Source: Chrysochromulina tobinii (lineage: Eukaryota). From it: a stretch of DNA of 39,266 bases. A model generated the notes under the pieces. That model was given only the letters and a program-made list of their open reading frames with translations. It was not told where the DNA came from and ran no database searches. The DNA lies in NCBI GenBank assembly GCA_001275005.1, contig JWZX01002728.1, positions 1 through 39,266 of the forward strand, given 5' to 3'. Shown here piece by piece: positions 31,361-39,266 of the stretch (position 1 is the stretch's first letter; the number at the start of each line of letters is the position of its first letter). A program made the translations under genes and the position numbers.

Positions 31361-33616
31361 TCACGCGTTCACCGCGGACAGGGGCTGCAGCTTGGGCGGT
31401 CCGCCGGGCTGGCCGCCGTAGAGCAGCTTGTCGACGTGGGCAGAGGCTTCTGAGGTGGTCGGGATTCCCGCGGCCGCATTCCGCGCCTCGGCAGCTGTGA
31501 ACTCCGAATGGTATGAAAGCGGTTTCGCGTCCGAGAGCACGTTCATGTTGAGCGCTGGGATGGGCGCGCCCCCAAAGGCAGGCGCCGTGGCGGGCGCCTT
31601 GGCGGCGGCGGCGGCGGCGGCGGGCGGCGGCTTGGCGGGCGGCGGTTTGTGAGTCGTACTTGAGGCGGCGGCGGCGGTGGAGAGGGCTGTCGAGCCCGGC
31701 GGCGCGCCGAGAAGCAGCTGCTTCTGCTCCGCGGGGGTGAGCGTCCGAGGCTGACCATTTTCACGCTCAAAGTACGGGTTCGCCTCGTCGTCCTCCTCGT
31801 CGCCGTAGTCGTCCTCCTCGCCCTCGTCCTCGTCCTCACCCTCGAGATCCCATCCCATCTGACGGAGCCTCTCGCGCGCCGCTGCTACCGCCGCCTGCAG
31901 GTGCTCCGGCACCTCCTTGCCCGCGGCCATCATCGCGGCCGCTTGCTCGATGGCGAGCATCCTCTCCTCGTCCTCGTCCTCGTCCTCGTCGCCATGCTCC
32001 GCCGCCTCGTGCGCCGCAGCCGCCGCCGCCTCCTCCCTCTCCGCCTTCGCATCCGCATCCCTCTGCGCGACGACAAGGCTCATGTCCAGCCTGCCCACGA
32101 TCGCCGGGCGCGTCACGATCGCCTGCGGCACCTTGGCGGGCAGATTGTTCTCACCGCCGAGCATGGGCGTCACGTCGCCAGGACGGGCCGACGAGGGCAG
32201 TTCCCGCTCGAGCTCCGCCGTGAGCGCCGCGTGCTCGGCCTGCGCCTGTGCCTCGGCCGCCTCCTCCATCTCCTTGGCGTGCGCCTGGTACGCCTTCACC
32301 TCGTCGCGCAGCCGCTTCTCGCGCTCGGCCAGTTTCGTCAACTCCGAGCACAGCAGAGCGTTCTCCTCCTCGAGCATCGTGCCTCGCCGCTTGAGCCCCG
32401 CATTCTCGCGCACGGCGCGGGAAAGCTCCGAGCGCGTGCGCTCGAGCTCGGGCAGCATGTCGGCCGGCTGCACGCCCGCGACGAGCGCGGCCTCGTACTC
32501 CTTGCGCACGCGCTCGAGGAGCCGCCCGAAAGGAACGTCGCGCTCGATGATGCGGCCGAAGAGCGCGCGGCATAGCTCAAGACGGCGCGACGCGACATGC
32601 GCACTACCCGTCTCCTCCTCCGCCTCGCCCTCCTGCAGCGCCTGCAGCTGCTCCGTCCAGCTCACCTCAAGCTGCAGAGCCTCCGATCGGAAGCTTTCGG
32701 CGCTCGCGCGACTGCTGCCGCCGCCGACCCGAGCGCCCACCGCAGCGCTCGCATCGCCCACGACGGCGCCCGACGCAGCGCCGCTAGGCAATCGTTTGGC
32801 GCCCATCGCGGCGCCGTGGTGAGCGCCCATGGCGGCGCTGCTCGCGCCAAACGAACCGATCGAGCCCATCGAGGCCGCCATCGCGCTGGTCGCGCTGCCG
32901 AGGCCGCAACCGGAGGGCGCGAGCATCCCGGTCGACGAGCAGCGCGACAAGCTGCGCCCGAGCCCGCCGTCGGCCCCAAAAGTGGTTACGCCGCCGGCGC
33001 CAAAACTGCCGCCGACGGGTGGGGCTCCGGGCGTGACCATCTGCGTCCTGGTAGGCAGCAGGCCGGACGAGGTGCGGAGCAGGCCCTTGTTCTGGCCGGC
33101 CCGGGCCGCTTGCATCAGGAGCGGATCGGTCGCCGATGAGTTCAGCGGGCGCACCGCTGCCATCCCCGCCGCCCACGAGGGCTTGGCCGCAATGACCGTG
33201 GCGCCGGCCTTGGATCCGACGCCGCCCGCGCCGCCGCCGTAGATGCTGGCCATGGTGGGGGCACTCGCCACGTTCGTGTCCGCCGAAGCCAGCGTCGAGC
33301 TCAAGCCCATCGATGGCGGCGTGCGTGCTGCGAGCTTAACGGCCGCCTGCTGCTGCGCACTGCCAGGCCGCCGCGGGGCGCGCACCACGGCCGCCTGCGC
33401 GGCGCCCGCGCCGCCGAGCGGGTTCGGCGCGCGCTTGGCTGGCGCGGCCCCGGCGAGGTCTTTGGGCCCGCCCCCCTGGGAACCTCGGCTCGGCAGCCGC
33501 TGCTGCGAGGCCGAGCCCTTGAGCGGACGCAGCGCTTGAGAGTTCGCCGTCGCGTCGTTGCCCGCCGCGCCGCCGCTGGCATCGCGCGGATCGGGCAATT
33601 GGAGCAGCCAGTCCAT
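31361..33616 (-). CDS. Low-complexity/coiled-coil protein with TSNAXIP1-N/C6orf118-like segment
   Basis: Long intronless ORF. RRLELCRALFGRIIERDVPFGRLLERVRKEYEAAL followed by a coiled coil and acidic tracts; family call tentative. Confidence 0.65.
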   Translation of the reverse strand: MDWLLQLPDPRDASGGAAGNDATANSQALRPLKGSASQQRLPSRGSQGGGPKDLAGAAPAKRAPNPLGGAGAAQAAVVRAPRRPGSAQQQAAVKLAARTPPSMGLSSTLASADTNVASAPTMASIYGGGAGGVGSKAGATVIAAKPSWAAGMAAVRPLNSSATDPLLMQAARAGQNKGLLRTSSGLLPTRTQMVTPGAPPVGGSFGAGGVTTFGADGGLGRSLSRCSSTGMLAPSGCGLGSATSAMAASMGSIGSFGASSAAMGAHHGAAMGAKRLPSGAASGAVVGDASAAVGARVGGGSSRASAESFRSEALQLEVSWTEQLQALQEGEAEEETGSAHVASRRLELCRALFGRIIERDVPFGRLLERVRKEYEAALVAGVQPADMLPELERTRSELSRAVRENAGLKRRGTMLEEENALLCSELTKLAEREKRLRDEVKAYQAHAKEMEEAAEAQAQAEHAALTAELERELPSSARPGDVTPMLGGENNLPAKVPQAIVTRPAIVGRLDMSLVVAQRDADAKAEREEAAAAAAHEAAEHGDEDEDEDEERMLAIEQAAAMMAAGKEVPEHLQAAVAAARERLRQMGWDLEGEDEDEGEEDDYGDEEDDEANPYFERENGQPRTLTPAEQKQLLLGAPPGSTALSTAAAASSTTHKPPPAKPPPAAAAAAAKAPATAPAFGGAPIPALNMNVLSDAKPLSYHSEFTAAEARNAAAGIPTTSEASAHVDKLLYGGQPGGPPKLQPLSAVNA

Positions 33617-33856
33617 TGCGAACGAGTGGACGCTTCGGCAACAACGGCCGGGAGCCGGGATGCGGCGTGGGCACGGCGAGTCTGTGCAGAGGGCAGTTTG
33701 CGATTGCGCTGGCGAACCTGCCGCGACAAAGTATTCGATCGTGAATATCCCCCTAATTGGATCGAAAGGCTGAATCGATGTGCGCAAAGATGAAAACATG
33801 TCAAACTCGACGCAAGCTCGGCCTTCGAGATTTTCCCCTCGATCGTCGCGAACTTC

Positions 33857-35455
33857 ATGGCGCCGGCGCAAAGGGCTCTCTCCCTCCTGTGCCTGCTCGC
33901 GTCCCAGACGTGTGCGCTGAATCTACCCGCGGCAGCCACCGCCGCGGGTACCTCGCCGCGAGCCCTGCCGCGCCTAGTGCGGCCCAATGCGCGCGCTCCG
34001 CCTCCGTCCGCGATGTGCGACACAACCTCGGAGAAGGCCGCCGAGCGCGAGGAGACGCTCGAATACTTCAAGACGCTCGGAGGCTTCTCGTTCGGGAGTC
34101 TCGGGCTGTTCGTCGCGCTCACCGCTGGCGCGGGCATGGAGGACGTGCAGGCAGGCAACCTGGTGCTCGTCGCGCTGTGCGTGTACGGCGCTTATCTGCT
34201 CTTTTTCGACGGCGGCGTGACGCAGAAGGCGCTCGAGAACCAGGCGATCCGTCAGCTGGCGGAGGAGGAGGGCGAGATCATGGAGGAGGCGCCACGCGCG
34301 AACGTGGGCATCTACACGGCGCAGGCCGCCACCGCCGACCCCGCTGCCACCGTCAACACCCTGGCGTCCGACGGCTTCGTGCGTGTCGATCAGGTTATCT
34401 CTCCAGCGACGGCGAGCGCGCTGCTCGCGTTCGTGAACGCGGAGCTGGAGCGCAAGCAGCAGGCGCTTGCGGCGGCCGACCTCACCGCTGAGGGCTCCTT
34501 TGGCGACGTCCTCATGCGCGAGAATCGTTATGACCTGCTGCTGGACATGGACCCCCCGGTGCGCGGACCCTCGGGCCTCTGATGGCCTCTGATGACGTCT
34601 GATGGCCTCTGAGTGCCGCTCTGATGGCCTCTGAGGGCCTGGCTGTATCTTGGCTTCTGAGTGCCACCCTCCGCAGGTGCGTGCGGCGCTCGAGGAGGCC
34701 CTCTCACCACTTCGCGCCGTATTGGGCGGATCGGTCGGCGAGGACGCGGAGCTCTTCGAGCTTGCCGCGCTCGTCTCGGATCCGCGCGCCCCTCGGCAAC
34801 CGGTGCATCCGGATACGCCCTTCAAGGCAGGCGACGGCGCGGCCATCGTCACAACCTTTGTCGCCCTGCAGGACGTGGACGAGACCATGGGGCCGACAGG
34901 CTTCATCCCTCAAACACACACGTCGGAGGCTCATGCGCGCTTCAACACCAAAGACGATGGCGGCCGAGAGCGAGTCGCTCTGCTGCGTGAACGGCCTAAT
35001 CATGTGGGGATTCTCTCCATCGGCGGCGCCAACCTGATCGACTCGCGCCTCTTCCACTGTATGCTGATTGCCTCCCTTATTGCATGCTGATTGCCTCCTT
35101 GATTGTGCGATCGACTCGCGCCTCTTCCACTGTATGCGCCGATGGCCTGCCGCGATGGCCTGCCTCTAAGCGCATCGAGTGTTGCCTCGTTAATTTCCCC
35201 TTGATTGCATCCCTCTCATCACTTGATTGCATCCCTCTCATCACTTGATTGCATCCCTCCACAGGCGGCGGAGCCAACAACAGCGGACGGCGCCGCGTGC
35301 TATTCTACTTCTCCTTCCGCCGTCGTGGCAAGGTCACTCCATCGGGTTCGCTCTTGTACAAGCTGCGCCGCGCCGGCTACGCTCTCGACAACACCGATCA
35401 GTGGCTCGTCGGCGCCAGCGCGACGCAGGGTCAGAGCGCCGCCGTGGTCACGTGA
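33857..35455 (+). CDS. PhyH-family Fe(II)/2OG dioxygenase with signal-like leader and two TM helices, 3 exons
   Basis: Exons 33857-34558, 34677-35058 and 35265-35455. DGFVRV, QPVHPDT, FVALQDVDETMGPT, DSRLFHCGGANNSGRRRVLFYFSF. Confidence 0.85.
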
Positions 35456-35724
35456 CCACAGAGCACAGACCCCCCCACTTGCGAACTCCGGCGACCGTAC
35501 GAAAGCGTACTCCATTTAGTGGGCTAGCCGGTGGCGAGAGTGTGTGCGTGCGCCGCGAGAATTTCGCAATTGTGGCGGTTTCATGTGCTCACTACGGCGT
35601 ACAAACTTGCCATCTCGACGACGTCGGACGAATTGGGTCGGCGTCGCCCGCCCCGGGAGAGGACAGTGAGAGTGGGACGATTCTCTACGTACCAGTCTAC
35701 CCGCTTCAGCACGGCATCGGAGCG

Positions 35725-36885
35725 ATGCCGATCGTGAGCTTCCGCAGCAAGCCTGCGGAGTCCCCACCGGAAGAGTACCCGTCGGCGCCTCGGGTGAAGG
35801 CGCAGACGAGCAATGAGGACATTGCAGCCGCCAAGATTGCCGCGGTCGCGCGCGGCAAGAAGGCACGCTTCGAGGAGGCGGAGAAGCACTATGCTGCGCA
35901 AAAGATTCAGGCGATCCAGCGCAAGCACAGTGGGTGGTCTGAGCCGACGCGCGCCGACTCAGGGAAGCAAAGGTATAGGAATGGCACCAGGTCGCCAGCG
36001 ATGAGACGGCAGCTCAGCAGGAAGGTGTCCTTTGGCTCGATCAAGTTTGACCCCCTTTTGCGTGAGCGCTCGTGGACCGACGACCTGCAGGACGCCATTG
36101 CCCGCTGCGCTGCGACGCTGCCTTGTTGGGCGCCGCCCTCAGCCCTTCCGATGGCGGGCTCGGAGGACGCGAGCAGTTACGTCTCGGGCAGCTCGAGATC
36201 GCCGGCGAGTAGCTTCAGGCCAGGCAGCTCGGCGCCGTCGACCGCGCCCCCGAAGAGCAGCATGAAATCGCCCGCCAGCAGCTTCAGATCGAGCCTGCGA
36301 TCGCCGGCCGTTTCAGACCGTAACCGCTCAAGTCCGCATGGCGCGTCGGTCGTTGTCGCGCCGACCGACGCCGACGGCGCCGCTCCCGCCACTTTGCCTG
36401 CCGCCGCCGCCGCCGCCGGGCCCGCGGCCGCGGCCACCATCGCACCCGCCGCCGGCGCACCCTCCGCCGAACCCGACGAGGACGACGACGAGGAGCACGA
36501 CGTACCGGTGGTCGCCTCTCGACTGACCGACACACCGGTGGAGCCAGCGTACTCGGGCGGCACCTCGAACAAACAGCTGCTCTCCGACGCGCTGTTCACG
36601 AAGGTCAAGACTCTCTTTGATAAGATGGACATAGACTGCAACGGCGTGATCACAAAGGAGGAGGCCCGCCAATTCTGGGGCACCAACTTCGCCAAGGTGA
36701 ACGCGCAGGCGATGTTCAACGAGGTCGACGTGGACGGGAACACGACGATCACCTTCGCCGAATGGGTGGGCTTTTGGGAGAATGTGATCTCGTCGAATTA
36801 CGAGGAGGACGACCTGCTCGACGAGATCGAGGAGATCATCCATGGGGGCAGCTGGGTCGATTTCGATGACAACCGGACCACGTGA
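35725..36885 (+). CDS. IQ-motif and EF-hand Ca2+-binding protein, intronless
   Basis: AAAKIAAVARGKKAR and AAQKIQAIQR (IQ-like); EF loops DIDCNGVITKEE and DVDGNTTITFAE. Confidence 0.8.
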   Translation: MPIVSFRSKPAESPPEEYPSAPRVKAQTSNEDIAAAKIAAVARGKKARFEEAEKHYAAQKIQAIQRKHSGWSEPTRADSGKQRYRNGTRSPAMRRQLSRKVSFGSIKFDPLLRERSWTDDLQDAIARCAATLPCWAPPSALPMAGSEDASSYVSGSSRSPASSFRPGSSAPSTAPPKSSMKSPASSFRSSLRSPAVSDRNRSSPHGASVVVAPTDADGAAPATLPAAAAAAGPAAAATIAPAAGAPSAEPDEDDDEEHDVPVVASRLTDTPVEPAYSGGTSNKQLLSDALFTKVKTLFDKMDIDCNGVITKEEARQFWGTNFAKVNAQAMFNEVDVDGNTTITFAEWVGFWENVISSNYEEDDLLDEIEEIIHGGSWVDFDDNRTT

Positions 36886-36889
36886 AGAC

Positions 36890-37071
36890 GCTCGAGTGGA
36901 GCTCGAGTGGAGCTCGAGTGGAGCTCGAGTGGAGCTCGAGTGGAGCTCGAGTGGAGCTCGAGTGGAGCTCGAGTGGAGCTCGAGTGGAGCTCGAGTGGAG
37001 CTCGAGTGGAGCTCGAGTGGAGCTCGAGTGGAGCTCGAGTGGAGCTCGAGTGGAGCTCGAGTGGAGCTCGA
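36890..37071. repeat. Perfect 11-bp minisatellite (GCTCGAGTGGA) x16.5 directly after the EF-hand gene stop
   Basis: Read directly. Confidence 0.97.
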
Positions 37072-37439
37072 CCACTTGGGCCACTCGCTCGACCTGCAGC
37101 AGCTTTGGGTGCTCCCAAATTTGGGAGGTCCCACACCCGCATACTTAGCACACTATGCATGCGCATGTATCTCCAGCTTGTGGGCTGTCGGCCGTCATGT
37201 GGTTGCCGTGATGTTAGTTCTCCATGTGCTCCCATCATCATGCGTGCCGTGTTAATGTGCCGTGTGTGGCCTCGCCCCGCTCCCGCGTGCTGGTCCCAGG
37301 GCGCCCCGCGGGTCGGTCAAACCGATCCCTACCCTAATCCGGTTGTACTCTCTATGTACGTTCCGCTGCCGCGGCGACCGTCACGCGCGCGGGGGGATTT
37401 GAAAACGGCTTCACCGACCAACGGAGCGTCACCTCAAAA

Positions 37440-38939
37440 ATGACTCTTTACATAGTACCGAGCACTTCTCTCTCGCGCGCTCGGATATCTGAAGAATGGA
37501 CATCGACATCGGCACCTTCGCATCTCATGACGGCGGCGCTCACGCTCACGCTGGCCTGGTACATCGCCTATTTTCACCTAAACAAGCTCGGTGTGGTGGT
37601 CGGCGCGGGCGCTGCTGTCGCAAAGGCAGACAAGGATGTGGTGGCCGCGGTGACAATAACGAGCAACATGGCCGTGCCAAGCATTGCCGAGCACGCCTTC
37701 CTCGATGCCGCCAAAAACTACGAGTTTGAGCACGTCAAGTCACTCGTCAAGTCGAATCGCCGGCTTATCAATGTTCAGCCCGGAGGTCGTTGGAGTGCAC
37801 TCCATCAAGCTGCGGCCGCCGGCGATGGATCCATGATCAATTGGCTGATCGCCAAAGGGGCGAGACTGGATCTTGTGACCCGCGACGGGAAAAAGCCGAT
37901 CGACGTCGCGAAGCCATCCGTCGTGGACATCTTGAAGCAGCACGCGTTCCTCAATGCCGCCAAAAACTACGAGTTTGAGCACGTCAAGTCACTCGTCAAG
38001 TCGAATCGCCGGCTGATCAATGTTCAGCCCGGAGGTCGTTGGAGTGCACTCCATCACGCTGCGGCCGCCGGCGATGGATCCATGATCAATTGGCTGATCG
38101 CCAGAGGGGCGAACCTGCATAGTCAGACTCGCGACGGGAAAAAGCCGATCGACGTCGCGATGCCATCCGTCGTGGGCATCTTGCAGGCTGAAATGGTGGC
38201 CAAACAGGCGCAGGGACAAGCAGGTCAGGCAAAGGCTCTAGCAGTTGTCTTTCCCCTGTCGAGGAGTGGGCGTCGCGTGTTCATGGCGAAGAGACCTAAT
38301 GGTCAATACATGACGTTCGGTGGAAAACGTGATCTTGGGGGTGAGCTTTGGTACGACGGCCAGGGGGCTGCCGAACATGCTGACTACCTGATGAGGCAAA
38401 CTGCCTCTCGTGAGTTCCGCGATGAAGGGGGCGACGTTCCGGGTGGCGTTCTGGATCTCACTGGCTGGACGGAAAGAATGGTCGAGGATCATCACGGCTC
38501 GACGACCTACTTCATCGGGCGAGCCCCGAAGGGCACGACCTGGAAGGATACTCAGAAGAATAAGGAGACCACCGGAGGGGTGTGGCTGTCACTCGATGAT
38601 TTGAAAGCTCTACATGCTGCAGGGCAGCTGAGGTTTGGCCATCATGTGTTGAACATCGCCAAGCAGGTAATGACCTGCGGCCCGCCCATCATTCCGCCGC
38701 CCATCATTCCGGCTGGTGCTGCCGGCTTCGGCGCTGGTGCTGCCGGCTTCGGCGCTGGTGCTGCCGGCTTCGGCGCTGGTGCTGCCGGCTTCGGCGCTGT
38801 TGCCGCCGGCTTCGGCGCTGGTGCCGCCGGCTTCGGCGCTGGTGCCGCCGGCCCGCCCATGCCGCCGCCGCCCATCATTCCGCCGCCCATGGCTCCACCG
38901 GCCTTCATTCCGATGTCCCTACCATACTACCTACTATAG
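37440..38939 (+). CDS. Ankyrin-repeat + Nudix-like hydrolase protein with Gly/Ala/Pro repeat tail
   Basis: WSALHQAAAAGDGSMINWLIAKGA...RDGKKPIDVA occurs twice (249-nt internal duplication); Nudix-like TFGGKRD...TASREFRDEGG; (AGAAGFG)x6.7. Start uncertain (37440, 37527 or 37668). Confidence 0.72.
   Translation: MTLYIVPSTSLSRARISEEWTSTSAPSHLMTAALTLTLAWYIAYFHLNKLGVVVGAGAAVAKADKDVVAAVTITSNMAVPSIAEHAFLDAAKNYEFEHVKSLVKSNRRLINVQPGGRWSALHQAAAAGDGSMINWLIAKGARLDLVTRDGKKPIDVAKPSVVDILKQHAFLNAAKNYEFEHVKSLVKSNRRLINVQPGGRWSALHHAAAAGDGSMINWLIARGANLHSQTRDGKKPIDVAMPSVVGILQAEMVAKQAQGQAGQAKALAVVFPLSRSGRRVFMAKRPNGQYMTFGGKRDLGGELWYDGQGAAEHADYLMRQTASREFRDEGGDVPGGVLDLTGWTERMVEDHHGSTTYFIGRAPKGTTWKDTQKNKETTGGVWLSLDDLKALHAAGQLRFGHHVLNIAKQVMTCGPPIIPPPIIPAGAAGFGAGAAGFGAGAAGFGAGAAGFGAVAAGFGAGAAGFGAGAAGPPMPPPPIIPPPMAPPAFIPMSLPYYLL
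38712..38852 (+). repeat. 21-bp coding tandem repeat (GCTGGTGCTGCCGGCTTCGGC) x6.7
   Basis: Read directly; encodes AGAAGFG and is flanked by PPIIPPP repeats. Confidence 0.93.
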
Positions 38940-39047
38940 ACTGCAACGGCGTGATCACAAAGGAGGAGGCTCGTCAATTTTGGGGCACCAACTTCGCCAA
39001 GGTGAACGCGCAGGCGATGTTCAACGAGGTCGATGTGGACGGGAACA
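38936..39047 (+). pseudogene. 112-bp duplicated fragment of the EF-hand coding region (36631-36742)
   Basis: 108/112 identical by manual alignment; no start codon, and similarity ends abruptly on both sides. Confidence 0.85.
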
Positions 39048-39266
39048 AGCTTTCCCGACGGCCGTGACGTGTTGCATGCCAGGTTGAAACCAAGCGCGTC
39101 GCTTTCCGACAAATGAATGAATGCGGGTCGTTAGTAAAGCCTACACACGTTACTGATGCGTGTACCTCCGGCCCAAGCATGTACGAGGTCGGTACAATAC
39201 TCGTTTGACCGGTCCCAAACGCCCACAGCGGACCCTCACGGCGGGCGCGCGGCCCTCTCTCAAGGG

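Noticed and set aside
36890..37071. Possible telomeric or CRISPR repeat
   Set aside because: Not a TTAGGG-type unit, has no spacers, and is internal with unique sequence on both sides.
1..39266. Autonomous transposase/reverse transcriptase, tRNA or rRNA genes
   Set aside because: None recognised by eye; the enzyme that would mobilise the intron module is not evident in this window.

Overview
GC-rich, gene-dense eukaryotic nuclear DNA, probably a flagellated haptophyte-type alga (inferred from base composition, repeat-filled short introns, and TTC12-, LRGUK- and TSNAXIP1-like ciliary genes). I reconstructed about 18 protein-coding genes and 26 spliceosomal introns by hand. They include a HET-like/NACHT NLR-type gene running off the left edge, TTC12, F-box, MJ1316-domain, FkbM-like methyltransferase, astacin-ShK, NO66-like JmjC, IQ-LRR-EF, a paralogous membrane-protein pair, alpha/beta hydrolase, RPN7, PhyH dioxygenase, IQ-EF-hand and ankyrin-Nudix genes. 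Two signals stand out. (1) An apparent intron-generating system: three 78-80 nt introns each consist of an exact 23-32 nt copy of the downstream exon start (supplying the GT donor) plus a shared 42-nt branch-point/acceptor module. Many other introns carry exon copies and reiterated TGATTGCC-type arrays, and 20 of 26 downstream exons start with GT or GC. (2) The NLR-like protein carries an internal ubiquitin-like RVRGG motif directly followed by a GCAASK myristoylation consensus, between a TM anchor and the HET-like/NACHT part. All family calls come from motif recognition by eye; no searches were run.
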